DNA of 54,385 nucleotides from positions 1-54,385 of the IMG/VR virus record IMGVR_UViG_3300045952_000282. One strand, written 5' to 3'. Positions 39,055 through 49,161 of this stretch are shown here, one piece after another (position 1 is the stretch's first letter; the number at the start of each line of letters is the position of its first letter). A program made the position numbers and the translations under genes. Below the pieces are notes generated by a model that saw nothing but the letters and a program-made list of their open reading frames with translations, did no database searches and was not told where the DNA came from. Source of the stretch: a virus. Lineage: Duplodnaviria; Caudoviricetes.

Positions 39055-39941
39055 TACGGCACGCGATCCACGGTTACCCAAAGGGCATACAGCCGGACAT
39101 CGCCAGGCGGCGAACCTGTGTCGTTTATCTGAAAAAATGCGCTGTATGCGGTATCCGCCGCAACAACGGTAGTTAGACTCGATACGGTGAGTGATTGGAA
39201 ATTACCGGTGCCGTCGGTAATGGTTTGAGTAGATCCAAGCTGAGCTACGGTGCCCGGGGGAGCAACAGCATCCGTCATAAGTTGTGAGTGAACTGCTAGG
39301 TGAATTTGTTGGGTGCCACCGCTGTCATTACAACGGACTTTCGCTTTAACCGATTTAATCCGTTCCCCTATCTCAACAGGGAGATCAATCGCCAAGGGCG
39401 AGTCGTGGTTAAAAGCATAGTAACGATCGCCCGTACCGACGTTGCCGACAGTACCGACCATCTTGTTAATAGAGCCGGTGTAACCTAAACCCGGCTCTAA
39501 AAACGGGATTGTCACTAACCGCGTGATCTCTCCGTGGTAGATATTCCCGGTTACTGTCAAGTCGCCTCCGACAGACGCGTCATCTGTTATCACAGCGTCG
39601 TCGTTGATGAGCAAGTCGTCGGATTCAAGTGTGCCGACGAACTGTCCGCCGAGCGTGACGTTACCGTCGATGACCACACTACCGTCAACGTTGAGGTCGG
39701 CGTCGAAGTCGACATTGCCGGTGACACCGAAGGTGCCGTCGATTGTGTGATTTCCCGTAAGAGCGCCGTCTGAGAGATATAGAAACCACTTGTAAGCTTC
39801 CAGCGCTAGGACGTTGAAGTAGTCGCTAACTGCGATCTGGCCAGCCGTCCAGCCGGTATCTCGTTGACCGCTACTCGGTGCGGTGTTGTTGGTTTCGTCG
39901 GTCGCCCAACGGGAATCAGCTACTACAGGTTTATCAGCCAT
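39054..39941 (-). CDS. Tail fibre protein
   Basis: N-terminal WA...P....DTGW..G.....YFN...Y baseplate anchor; beta-helix repeats. Confidence 0.75.
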   Translation of the reverse strand: MADKPVVADSRWATDETNNTAPSSGQRDTGWTAGQIAVSDYFNVLALEAYKWFLYLSDGALTGNHTIDGTFGVTGNVDFDADLNVDGSVVIDGNVTLGGQFVGTLESDDLLINDDAVITDDASVGGDLTVTGNIYHGEITRLVTIPFLEPGLGYTGSINKMVGTVGNVGTGDRYYAFNHDSPLAIDLPVEIGERIKSVKAKVRCNDSGGTQQIHLAVHSQLMTDAVAPPGTVAQLGSTQTITDGTGNFQSLTVSSLTTVVAADTAYSAFFQINDTGSPPGDVRLYALWVTVDRVP

Positions 39942-39944
39942 GGT

Positions 39945-40508
39945 TTAACTCCTGGCGTCGATCAGTTTTTTGGAATCTAGGTTGCCTACATCAAGGATCA
40001 GCCACTCACCTGGCTCTTCGGCGGAAGACTCAAGGATCAGCCGCACGCCCGCCGCCTTGGCTTTGAAGAGGAAGCTGAAAACGATGTCAGCCAGATCGTC
40101 ACTGGTCGCGACATCGAGTAAGCGGATGATGATTGTCGCGATGTTGTGTCGCTCGGCCTGCACTAGTAGAGCGTCATCGTCAACGATCAGACGAGTGATC
40201 TTGATCAGTTCCTCGACGGATGCAAGCGAGCGGTTCGTAGCGACACGTGCGCGGATATAGCGGCGATAGTCATCATCGCTTAAACCAGCCCGCGGCTGGC
40301 CGACGATGTCACCGAGCTGATCGAGCTGAACACCCTCGGCGGTATCAATGCGCCGCAGGGTGTACAACTGCCAGGCCGCGTCCGATAGCTCCTGCACCTG
40401 CGTAACAAACACAGTAACCAGCGCACGGATATTCGCCTTGTCCTTGTGCTGTTGCGGCAGGCGCGCGAGGGCGCGCTCGACGCGGTCTGTGATTTGAGTA
40501 AGAGGCAT
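39945..40508 (-). CDS. Baseplate wedge protein (DUF2612-like)
   Basis: DTAEGVQLDQLGDIVG.PR...DDDYR..IRAR; KAAGV. Confidence 0.85.
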   Translation of the reverse strand: MPLTQITDRVERALARLPQQHKDKANIRALVTVFVTQVQELSDAAWQLYTLRRIDTAEGVQLDQLGDIVGQPRAGLSDDDYRRYIRARVATNRSLASVEELIKITRLIVDDDALLVQAERHNIATIIIRLLDVATSDDLADIVFSFLFKAKAAGVRLILESSAEEPGEWLILDVGNLDSKKLIDARS

Positions 40509-41851
40509 TATGGAGTACCGTTAATTGCAGTAACTGTGATTCTCGAGGTGTCGTACGTTGCGAGCTGACGGTTGTTTATAGGGACCGTTGTGCCGGTTGT
40601 CGGGCTAGGCGCGTCGTCGAGCTGCACATCGGTGACATCGAGCACGCCGGTGACTTTAAAAACCTGAGCACTCACCCACGACGCGACAGCGTCGAGGCCC
40701 GCGTCGCGCGCATCGCCCGCGGTTACAATAGCTTCTTTAATCTGGTCATCGCCGTCGGCCGGATAAGTGTTGGGATCCTTCGTGACGAACACGTCGATGT
40801 AGATCTCGACTTCCTCCGGGCGAGTGAACGCGACATCGTGCTCGGTACCCTCGCTATCGACGGTCGTGCCTTCTTCAGTGCCATAAATACGGATACCGGC
40901 GGCGACCGAGTCGAACAACGCATCCCAGATGTCCTGGTCGTCTCCGCCGCGCACGAGGACCTCAACCGAGTGTGGCGGTACGCCGTCCAAGTCAGTCGCG
41001 TCGGTGTCGTTGTAGAACACGGTCGCGTGCGTAACAGCTTCAACATCAAGAATGTCGGCGCGGATCGCGTCTGCCGGCGCCTTGCCTGCACGCGCGAGTT
41101 CTAGCTCTCGACGAATACGGAGCGACTCGTCAGTTTCAATGTCCGCGCCTAAGTCCGCGTCTAAAAGATTGATCACTGACTGCCAGCCGCTCACCGGCGT
41201 TTCGATAATAGTAATAGTGCCCGAGTTACCGACAATCGGCCCGGTCTCGACCGATTCGGCCTCCGCGTCAACGGCCGCGTCACCCTCGCCCATGTACCGC
41301 CAGTGCACCGTGCCATCGGTAATGTCGTCGCTCGTCGTTGTCGGCCCGCCGGAGCCGGCGCTAGTCCCGGCAGTGATGCACACGTACGCCCGATCAGCGT
41401 TCGTTCGACGATCGCCGATCACGTACGCCGTGGTACCCGCCCACGCGGTGAGGGTCACGAGAGTAGCTTCCGCCAGCGTCTCGAACAAGTCGCCAGTTCC
41501 GTCAACACTAGCCTGGCTCCCCGCCGGAACATCCGTCCCGTTGTCTCCTGTTAACGTGAGTGTGACCGCCGAACTTCTCGCTTCCTCGCGGACAGTTCCG
41601 GTCAGTAAACACACGGCGTCAAGCGCGGCGTCCGTCGATTCGTCCGAGCCTTGCGAGTGGTAAACAGCCTCGAGCTCTTCCCAAACTTCCGCCAGCTGCT
41701 CGCAGAAAATGCCGTTAATCTGTCCGAGTAACGAGACGTCACTCACGTCTATAGACGCGCCGAATGCTGACTTCTCATCGTCGTTGACTTCGCCGCGCAG
41801 ATCTTCGAGCGTTTTAGGAACAAATCCAGTACTGAGTAATCCGAAGGGCAT
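40508..41851 (-). CDS. Baseplate J/gp47 protein with inserted carbohydrate-binding-like module
   Basis: ETDESLRIRR, PPHSVEVLV.GG, AAGI; insert AW...TAY..GD.......YVC..AGTS...W. Confidence 0.9.
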   Translation of the reverse strand: MPFGLLSTGFVPKTLEDLRGEVNDDEKSAFGASIDVSDVSLLGQINGIFCEQLAEVWEELEAVYHSQGSDESTDAALDAVCLLTGTVREEARSSAVTLTLTGDNGTDVPAGSQASVDGTGDLFETLAEATLVTLTAWAGTTAYVIGDRRTNADRAYVCITAGTSAGSGGPTTTSDDITDGTVHWRYMGEGDAAVDAEAESVETGPIVGNSGTITIIETPVSGWQSVINLLDADLGADIETDESLRIRRELELARAGKAPADAIRADILDVEAVTHATVFYNDTDATDLDGVPPHSVEVLVRGGDDQDIWDALFDSVAAGIRIYGTEEGTTVDSEGTEHDVAFTRPEEVEIYIDVFVTKDPNTYPADGDDQIKEAIVTAGDARDAGLDAVASWVSAQVFKVTGVLDVTDVQLDDAPSPTTGTTVPINNRQLATYDTSRITVTAINGTP

Positions 41852-41852
41852 T

Positions 41853-42302
41853 TTAGCCTACCTCCGTTGTTTGAAGACTCGACTCGCCGAACGTGGTCCG
41901 TACCTTCCAGCGAATAGACAGCGTCCGCACGGGCGAGTCGTATTCCAGCCGCAACACTGGGATCTCGAGCACGTTTGGAACTGACAACAGCTCTTCGCGG
42001 AACGCGTTCCGTATCCGCACTTCACTGTCTTCGAAGTTGTGGCCAAGGATCTCCTGGTGATACGGGATCCCGCGATCAAGATCTAAAAACCACTCTTCTC
42101 GAAACAACAGCAGGCGCAAATGACAGCCTTGCACGACCGCCTCTAGGCCAGTTGTGAAACTGAGGTCGGTACCGATGAGCAAATCACTGTCGTCACCCAG
42201 CATCAGATCGATCGGCTCATCCGGTATCTCTATCCCGGCGGCCTCGAGAGTAACGACCTGCTCGGGCGCTAGCTCCCAACTAACTGACGGGAAACTAGGC
42301 AT
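41853..42302 (-). CDS. Baseplate wedge / sheath initiator (gp25-like)
   Basis: RL..FREEWFLD...GIPY. Confidence 0.8.
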   Translation of the reverse strand: MPSFPSVSWELAPEQVVTLEAAGIEIPDEPIDLMLGDDSDLLIGTDLSFTTGLEAVVQGCHLRLLLFREEWFLDLDRGIPYHQEILGHNFEDSEVRIRNAFREELLSVPNVLEIPVLRLEYDSPVRTLSIRWKVRTTFGESSLQTTEVG

Positions 42303-43083
42303 CGTCGACTACTCCTAAGTTTCCAGTTGAAAGCACTGGCACGAATTCGAACTTCGGCGGAAATGACCAGCCACCGGTTCGCCACACCGTAAAATGCGTT
42401 CCGTTGGTTGTGCTGCGCGTGTTGCGGTACTTCCCTCGGAATCCGTTGAGGCTGTCGTACGCAACTTCGCAGACAGAATCACCGTTACGAGATGAAACAA
42501 TAAGGATGAACAGCGAGAGGGTCTGGCTATCGTCAAGATCAAACTCGACGATTGTGTTGCGGAACACGTGCGAGGGCTCCGGCGGAGTTACACCAGTGAT
42601 GACGACAGGCTGCACATCGTCGACCGCGCTGCTAAAAGATAGATAAGCAGGGGACGCAGTACCCCCGACCGCTATAAGACCAACGGCGTTAGCCGGCGTC
42701 TCGAATTTATAGATTCCGTCGCCTAGCTCACTGAAGCTAGGCAGCGGGAGATCTGCTTCAGTCGATACGTCTTTGAGTAAACTCCAGGTAGGAGTCAGGC
42801 CGGTAAGCGGCACGCCGTCTCCGTCGAACGCTGCAAAAGTAGTGTTGAGAAAAGCCTCGACATGCAAGTAACGAGGGGTAGCGGTCGCACCGAGATCAAT
42901 CGTCCCGCAGAAGTCAGCAACATCGACCGGCAGCTCGAACTTATATGCGCCGCCGCTGATCTCTTCGATGGACGGTTCGCTCGCAGCTGTGCCGGTCTCA
43001 GCATCGAACGTCGCGAGCCACGTCGGCGTTAGCCCCGCTAAAGGCGAGTTGTTTGAGTCGTATGCTGCGAAAGCGATCAGCAT
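42295..43083 (-). CDS. Virion protein with tandem duplicated N-terminal domain
   Basis: FAA.D....PL.GLTPTW...E...G.YKFE.P occurs twice. Confidence 0.65.
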   Translation of the reverse strand: MLIAFAAYDSNNSPLAGLTPTWLATFDAETGTAASEPSIEEISGGAYKFELPVDVADFCGTIDLGATATPRYLHVEAFLNTTFAAFDGDGVPLTGLTPTWSLLKDVSTEADLPLPSFSELGDGIYKFETPANAVGLIAVGGTASPAYLSFSSAVDDVQPVVITGVTPPEPSHVFRNTIVEFDLDDSQTLSLFILIVSSRNGDSVCEVAYDSLNGFRGKYRNTRSTTNGTHFTVWRTGGWSFPPKFEFVPVLSTGNLGVVDDA

Positions 43084-43410
43084 TTATTTCTGATCTCCTG
43101 CTTCGGTGATAGCGGCGAAGAAGCTCTCGAGCTGCTCGAAGTCGAACATGTGCATCTGGCGCTGCTTACAAACAGCCACGAGCACCTGAAGATCGTGGTC
43201 GGATATTTCACAGGCGCCGAGGCCGCTATCTACAGCTTTCTTAATCGCTTGTTTCGCGTGGCTGATAGCCTGCGCTATCTCTAGAGTGCCGGAAATGTTC
43301 CCGAGGATCCGACCGACAAATTCCAGAAACGGAAGCGGATCTGAGTATCGCTGCGGTCCTGGAACGGCAGATTTGAAGGGTACGGGATCTGGAATGGTGA
43401 TGTTTTTCAT
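43084..43410 (-). CDS. Hypothetical protein, possible fibre chaperone
   Basis: RBS AGGAG; follows the fibre gene. Confidence 0.6.
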   Translation of the reverse strand: MKNITIPDPVPFKSAVPGPQRYSDPLPFLEFVGRILGNISGTLEIAQAISHAKQAIKKAVDSGLGACEISDHDLQVLVAVCKQRQMHMFDFEQLESFFAAITEAGDQK

Positions 43411-43419
43411 AATTCGCTC

Positions 43420-44976
43420 CTAAGCAAACATCGGCACCCAACGAGTGTTCGTGCCGTCGTAAACCTTGAACCACCCGACAGCGTCGAGGCTGGCAGGTCC
43501 CGTGCCCGTGCCCTGTGCTGGCGCCTTCAGATTAGTTTGCGCTCCGTCGCCCACGCCCGTGGCATTCGTGATCATTAGCGTGCTCGCAACTGCGCCCGGA
43601 TCACCGTCGGCCGCAAAACCCAACATGCGGGCATAGGATGACCCGTCGATCGAAGTCACGTTTTGGATTGCTCCGGCCTGCAAGTCTAAGTTCGCGCCGC
43701 CTGCCTTCATCGTGATGTTGCCAGAGTTGCTAATCGTGCCGTTCTGCAAATCCAAGTTACCGACGCTCGTCGCCATGGTAAGCCCGCCGCAGCCGACGAT
43801 AGTCCCGGAGTTCATGGTGATCACCGAGCCAGAGCCTCCGAAGGTCAGGTCATCGACGGCGGTAATGTCGCCGCCCTGCATATCGATGACCGAGCTCGAG
43901 TTTAGAAACGTAAGGTCGTCGACGTTGCTGATATCTCCGCCCTGCAGGTCCAGCAAAGAACTAGAACCTTGAAATGTAATGTCATCGACAGTCGTGATGT
44001 CTCCGCCTTGAAGGTCAAGAGAAGCAGCACCGGAGAAGGTGATACCGCCGACATTGATGACGTTGTGCGTCTGCATATCGAGGCACGCGCCGCTCGCGTG
44101 CCCGGTGCCCGTAAACATCGCAATCAACGTCTCCGAGCCTGAGTCGCCGATGTTGATACGGAGCTCGCTATTGCCTGCGGTAGCTGATACTTGGTTGAGA
44201 ACCAGCTGCGCGCTGCAGCTGACGCTCGCTGCACCGTTCCAGCGCGCACCGAATAACTCGAGGAACGGTGAGGGGTTGAACTGATCACCGACGGTAGCGT
44301 TCAAGCTCTGCATTCGCAGGCGTCCGTCGTTGTAAACAGCAAACCGATTCAATCCGTAATCGTTCTCGACGATACGAATCTGGACGATGCCATCTTGAGC
44401 GGCCGGGCCACCGCCGTTCACGCCGTCATACTTCTGAATCGTGATGCTATGCCCAGGTGTCTCCTGGAAGAGCATGTGCCCGAAGTTAGGAACGGTCGGA
44501 GAATCCCAGAGTGCGATGTAGTGGATCGAGTTTGGGATAGGGGCAGGCGCTCCACTCAGATACTGAAGAGTCGCAATAAAGCCTCTAGTCGAATCCTGAT
44601 ACGTAGCCGCTTCGTAACCAACAGCATCGGTCCCTAGAAGGATGGTATCGAAGGCGTCACCGTGGCCCGCGTGAATCACTTTGACAGCCCCGCCGCGGTT
44701 TCCGTCGGTCTGGTTATCAGTGATCTCCCAATAGTGGATCCAAGGATGAAGACCATCAGGACCGGGATCCGGGTCGAGCCTTGCATACTGAGCCGTCGAC
44801 TCGTCGTTGCCGGCCAGCGGCCACGAAGTGAGACGCGTCCTATATCGAACATCAATTACTTGACCGGTAACCGGCTCTTCGAGGTTCTGGATTACCCCGG
44901 AGCCGGTTAAGCCGTCGAGACCTCCGCCGCCTCCGCCTCCGTCTGGACCTGGTACTATAGCGCCACGACAAGTCAT
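43420..44976 (-). CDS. Tail fibre/spike-like protein with 22-aa repeats
   Basis: About six to seven LDLQGGDI..VDD.TF..S.S repeats. Confidence 0.7.
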   Translation of the reverse strand: MTCRGAIVPGPDGGGGGGGLDGLTGSGVIQNLEEPVTGQVIDVRYRTRLTSWPLAGNDESTAQYARLDPDPGPDGLHPWIHYWEITDNQTDGNRGGAVKVIHAGHGDAFDTILLGTDAVGYEAATYQDSTRGFIATLQYLSGAPAPIPNSIHYIALWDSPTVPNFGHMLFQETPGHSITIQKYDGVNGGGPAAQDGIVQIRIVENDYGLNRFAVYNDGRLRMQSLNATVGDQFNPSPFLELFGARWNGAASVSCSAQLVLNQVSATAGNSELRINIGDSGSETLIAMFTGTGHASGACLDMQTHNVINVGGITFSGAASLDLQGGDITTVDDITFQGSSSLLDLQGGDISNVDDLTFLNSSSVIDMQGGDITAVDDLTFGGSGSVITMNSGTIVGCGGLTMATSVGNLDLQNGTISNSGNITMKAGGANLDLQAGAIQNVTSIDGSSYARMLGFAADGDPGAVASTLMITNATGVGDGAQTNLKAPAQGTGTGPASLDAVGWFKVYDGTNTRWVPMFA

Positions 44977-45605
44977 TAAGCACCTTTCAAGATCTGCGTA
45001 CCAGACGCGCTAGGAGGACTGGTCAACGGCGTACCGCTAACCTGCAATGGCGTGCCGGGTGTCACGCCCGTGTGAACATGCGATCCGATATATGACTCGA
45101 GAGCATCGATGTCCGCTTTCGTCGCAAGCTGAGCCGACCCGCCCGCGTGGATAAGCGGCGCAACAATAACCATCGCCGTTGCGTGCACCCCCGCCGAGTC
45201 CACCGGATCAGAGAACGGTCGCAGACCGGGAATGAAGACCGCGTCGCTCAGCGTATTACGTCGATCGTCACCCGGATCAACTTCACCACCTTTTGACTTC
45301 CACTTGTCGAGGCTGCCGCTCGTGAAGATTAGAAGCCCGGTCGCGCCAGAAGCGATCGGCCAGGTGATACTGATAATGCCAGCGCCAGGAAACGCTACCG
45401 GAACGTCGGGAATGGCCGGAAGTGATTCGGCCTGGCGTTCATCAGCTTCATCTTTATAACCGCGTTTCAGAAGCGGCTGGACAGTCACCTTCTGCCGCGT
45501 TGAGTCATAACTCTCAACTCGAGCAGGTAGAGCGGTGAAGATGTCGCCTTGCTGGGCGGCGATAGCAGTACGCAACACTTCAGATAATGTCGGTGTGTTG
45601 CTCAT
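44976..45605 (-). CDS. Baseplate central spike (Gp138 family)
   Basis: TALPARVESYD, DVPV.FP, LSDAVFIPG, HVHTGV iron-binding tip. Confidence 0.9.
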   Translation of the reverse strand: MSNTPTLSEVLRTAIAAQQGDIFTALPARVESYDSTRQKVTVQPLLKRGYKDEADERQAESLPAIPDVPVAFPGAGIISITWPIASGATGLLIFTSGSLDKWKSKGGEVDPGDDRRNTLSDAVFIPGLRPFSDPVDSAGVHATAMVIVAPLIHAGGSAQLATKADIDALESYIGSHVHTGVTPGTPLQVSGTPLTSPPSASGTQILKGA

Positions 45606-46462
45606 AAACGTATTGCCTCAATGTCGGAATCCCAAACATTGCTGTGTGTGTCGCCGCTATGACGCACACGTTCGACACGGAACAAACCACTCACCACCTT
45701 GGACTCAACCAGGATGCGCCCGCCTGGCGTGATCTCAGGTCGGCAGAGCGTCGTCACGTGTAAGATCGGAGGGCGTTTCTTATCCGGCGGCGTGCCGAAT
45801 GAAGGCGAGCCTTTCATTCCGGTGTCGCTAGCGATACGGATAACATCGTCCGCGCGCGTCTCGCTACCGCCGAGAATTTGAAGGCGGCCATCCTGAATTG
45901 ACCACTGCTTTCCAAGCGGTTTGAGTAAGCGCGTCATTTCACGGTAAGCAGGCCCGCTCAAAGTAACGCCATTGGCGAACTGCTTCTGAAGCTCTTTGGC
46001 CTCCGTGACCGTACGCGGCAAAGACAAACCCATACTCTTAGCGGTATCGGTTACAAGCTGTTTAACCGTGGCTCCGCCTTGATATGCCTTACTGATCCGC
46101 CCATGTCGATAGGCTCGGAGACCGTCGCCTAACTGGAGCCGAGTCTCCCAATCAACACGGTCGAGATTCGACTCGGCCCACTGCAGGTCGCCTTCAAAGA
46201 GTCGCGAGAACTGATCATCGTAGGCGACTTCGACGCGAACATGAGTAGGTTTCCGTTGAAGCTGCATTCGCGTCCGCTCGGCCAAGTTAAAGATCGCGAG
46301 CTGGCATGTATTCGGATCATGCTCCAGCGACTTCTCGACCGTGAATGTCACGCGAAGGTCGGTGACCGTGGTGACGTTCGTCACCTGCTGCCGGAAAAAC
46401 TGGTTACCTTCGGCCGGCTGGCTGATCGTCACACGCGCATTGCGTTTGAAGTACCTCATCAT
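45602..46462 (-). CDS. Baseplate hub protein
   Basis: PNTC.L.IFNL, WSIQDG, TGM.GSP, HSGDT. Confidence 0.85.
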   Translation of the reverse strand: MMRYFKRNARVTISQPAEGNQFFRQQVTNVTTVTDLRVTFTVEKSLEHDPNTCQLAIFNLAERTRMQLQRKPTHVRVEVAYDDQFSRLFEGDLQWAESNLDRVDWETRLQLGDGLRAYRHGRISKAYQGGATVKQLVTDTAKSMGLSLPRTVTEAKELQKQFANGVTLSGPAYREMTRLLKPLGKQWSIQDGRLQILGGSETRADDVIRIASDTGMKGSPSFGTPPDKKRPPILHVTTLCRPEITPGGRILVESKVVSGLFRVERVRHSGDTHSNVWDSDIEAIRL

Positions 46463-46791
46463 GACGAGGTCTTCTCCGAATCGGGGAAATAATAAACAAC
46501 GACACGAGTTCCCATGTCATCGAAACCGGCGTCTCGCCCTTCATTAGACAAATCGCGGCAAACGAAGACTCCGGGCGGGAAGTTCGAATTCGCCACCCCG
46601 CTCCCGATGGCCGCACCGAGTACCAGCTTGAGACCGTGTGCAATCGGTGTCTCGTCCTCCTGAAGGAGATCTAAATACCAAGCTTCGTCGCGACCGTTCC
46701 ACCGAACATCTAAAACATACTGCTCCCCATCGAGCGCGGTCCCTACGCGATAGTTAGGAAGAGACGGTTGCAGTGGAAGAAGTGCGGCCAT
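46459..46791 (-). CDS. Baseplate plug-family protein
   Basis: L.G.QY....RWN.R...WYLDL. Confidence 0.75.
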   Translation of the reverse strand: MAALLPLQPSLPNYRVGTALDGEQYVLDVRWNGRDEAWYLDLLQEDETPIAHGLKLVLGAAIGSGVANSNFPPGVFVCRDLSNEGRDAGFDDMGTRVVVYYFPDSEKTSS

Positions 46792-46793
46792 GT

Positions 46794-47447
46794 TTACCTA
46801 GACACCTGTTGCGACGGGGCCGGAGCACTCCACGCCGGCCGACTTAACGCTTCATCGTAAGGAACGACACGACTGAGCTGCTGCTCTTCGTCCTCAATCA
46901 CCCAACCCAGCGGCGTGGCCGCCGGGATCGCGGCTTTGTTCCCCAAGTTCACCTTCTTACGCGCACGAGGAACTGACACGCGGATAGTGGCACGTTCGTT
47001 TGTGACGATACGTACTTGTTTGAACGTAGCGGTGAAAAACAACGCATCGCCGGTGTCGGGATCCTGTCGAACCTGCAGACTCTCGATCGCCATATTCCGA
47101 TAGTCGAGCTCGGGTGTGCGAACGGTGACTAGCGCCCGGTTCTTACGAGTCTCGAGGAGAAAAGCTAATGCTTCAACACTTCGTCTGGTGCCGAACTCGT
47201 CGACCGGTGGCACGGCGGACTCGCCGATCGGAGTGTCGGAGACAATACCTTCCAGCTGCAGAACAACCGGCCGCGGTCGAACATTGTCTACATGATCCGC
47301 CTCCGACTCGACCGGGTAGTCGGTGACCTCGGAGTCGAAAGTCGGATTGATGATCTGCGCGGCGTCGAGTGACAGGCCGGACTCGTCCTCGAGTCGTGTC
47401 GCACTGGTCGCACCTGGCGTCGACTGTCGAACAATCGTGACGCTCAT
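46794..47447 (-). CDS. Baseplate / tail tube initiator protein
   Basis: VTDYPVE......D.V...P..L.LEG.VSD; Y.NM.I.SL. Confidence 0.8.
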   Translation of the reverse strand: MSVTIVRQSTPGATSATRLEDESGLSLDAAQIINPTFDSEVTDYPVESEADHVDNVRPRPVVLQLEGIVSDTPIGESAVPPVDEFGTRRSVEALAFLLETRKNRALVTVRTPELDYRNMAIESLQVRQDPDTGDALFFTATFKQVRIVTNERATIRVSVPRARKKVNLGNKAAIPAATPLGWVIEDEEQQLSRVVPYDEALSRPAWSAPAPSQQVSR

Positions 47448-49018
47448 AGCCCGGCCCCCTGTGATGCGCTCGCGTCGCGGTAATGCTGCTGCAGGCGCTG
47501 GTCGACTTGGTTCGCGACTTCGGCCGGGTCGGCCGAGTTGCTCGTCACGTTGATCACCGGATTATTATTGTTATTGATCACGGTCGTGCCCGCGGCCGCC
47601 GCGGCACCGGTTTTAAACATGTCGAGCGGCGCGCCAGCGGAGACCGCCATGGCGTCCTCGAACCGGCCCTCCTGGTGCAGTTTGTTACCGAGCGCAACCC
47701 GAGCCGCCACGTCTTCGGCCTTTTTCATTTTATCAGGATCGAACTCAAACAAATGCTCTCGGAGGTAACGGTTCTTCTCTACCTCCGGGTCTCCGAACGG
47801 CGATTTCCCGCCTTCTGTCTCGTCGCTGTACTCGGTGTCAAAGTGACGATCGAGTGCATCAACGATCTTCACGGTGATGCCGAGGATCTTCTCAAGCCCT
47901 TTCGCGAACTTCTCGAGACGCTCCGACGTGAACGCTTCGGCAACGGCAACCTTCAGGTTGTTCCAAGCTTTCTCCGCTTTGAAAGAAGAGCTCGCCTGCT
48001 TCTCCGCGTAATCCTCTTGCACGTCGTTCGCTTGAAGCGTTGACTCGGTAAGCGCATCCCAGGCGCCCTTATTCTTCGTGAGCTGGATAAACGCGGCGTA
48101 GGCTTCTTTGCTGCCGAACGCCCGCGTTAAGAGTGCTGGGTCGCGCGCCAGTTTGCTGTCCGCGATCGACTCGATAATCTCGTCGAATGACTTGAGCGTC
48201 TTGACGGTCTGGCCCTTCTCGTTCTTCTTGACGTCGAAGACCTGGACCCCGCCGGCTTTAAACAGTTTCGCGTTCTGCCGGATAGAGCCCATGAGTCGCT
48301 CGAGACCATTGGCCGCCTCGGACGTCGACCCGAAGCCTTGACGGGCGAGTTGAAGCGCGGCGGCCAGGCGAGACGCGCCTTTGACGCCAGCGCCCTGGTC
48401 GAACTGATTCGCTAGCGGCGCGAGGCCGGCGAAGACACTGGCCAGTTCGTTGAGCTCGACTGCGCCTTTCTTACCGCCCTGGATCAGGATGGAGAAAGTC
48501 TTCTCGAAGTCGGCTGGGTCGAGTTGCAGGTTCTGCTTCAACGCAGCGGCTGTACGCGCGATGTCCTCGATATTCGAACCTGTCGCGACGGCGACCTTCG
48601 AGAAGGTTTCCATCTGCTCGGCTGCGCCTTTGCCATCGCCAGTGATTGCCGTGTACGCCGCAGCACCTGCAAGGATCTCTTCCTTCGCTTGCCCGGTTGC
48701 TTTCGAGACGTCGAGGATGCGCTTCTTCATCTCGTCGTACGTGCCGAGTGCGTGCTGGCTATTGATACCGAGTTGCGTCAGCGCTTTGTCGAAATCGAGG
48801 GCGTCCTTCGTAGCGACCACCATGCCGGCGGCTAAGGCGGTGACTCCTAGTTGCGTCGCATCCCACGCGAGGCCCGCCGCACCCTTGGCAAACTTTGCCC
48901 AGCCTTTCGTCTTACGTTTAATCTTCGCATCTGCCGCGTTAAGAGCACGGTCAAGCTTCGCAACCGTCGCCGGATCGACGTCAATCTTCAACTCGGCGAA
49001 TAGGTCAGCGACCTTCAC
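47444..49018 (-). CDS. Tape measure protein
   Basis: 524-aa Ala-rich helical protein after the tail chaperones. Confidence 0.9.
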   Translation of the reverse strand: MKVADLFAELKIDVDPATVAKLDRALNAADAKIKRKTKGWAKFAKGAAGLAWDATQLGVTALAAGMVVATKDALDFDKALTQLGINSQHALGTYDEMKKRILDVSKATGQAKEEILAGAAAYTAITGDGKGAAEQMETFSKVAVATGSNIEDIARTAAALKQNLQLDPADFEKTFSILIQGGKKGAVELNELASVFAGLAPLANQFDQGAGVKGASRLAAALQLARQGFGSTSEAANGLERLMGSIRQNAKLFKAGGVQVFDVKKNEKGQTVKTLKSFDEIIESIADSKLARDPALLTRAFGSKEAYAAFIQLTKNKGAWDALTESTLQANDVQEDYAEKQASSSFKAEKAWNNLKVAVAEAFTSERLEKFAKGLEKILGITVKIVDALDRHFDTEYSDETEGGKSPFGDPEVEKNRYLREHLFEFDPDKMKKAEDVAARVALGNKLHQEGRFEDAMAVSAGAPLDMFKTGAAAAAGTTVINNNNNPVINVTSNSADPAEVANQVDQRLQQHYRDASASQGAGL

Positions 49019-49161
49019 TGCCGGGCCTCGTTGTGTGCGATCACGACCTCTACCAAGTCCTGGAGGTCATCGATAGAGATGGCGTTGAGCTCGGTTATGG
49101 ACAGGCGACCTGAGACCCACAACGCGTGCGCTGGTGCGAGTGCTGGGTTCGGCCACTTCAT
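49015..49161 (-). CDS. Second tail assembly chaperone segment (-1 frame extension)
   Basis: -1 frame is open from the slippery TTTTTTC at 49224-49230 to the stop at 49015. Confidence 0.65.
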   Translation of the reverse strand: MKWPNPALAPAHALWVSGRLSITELNAISIDDLQDLVEVVIAHNEARQ

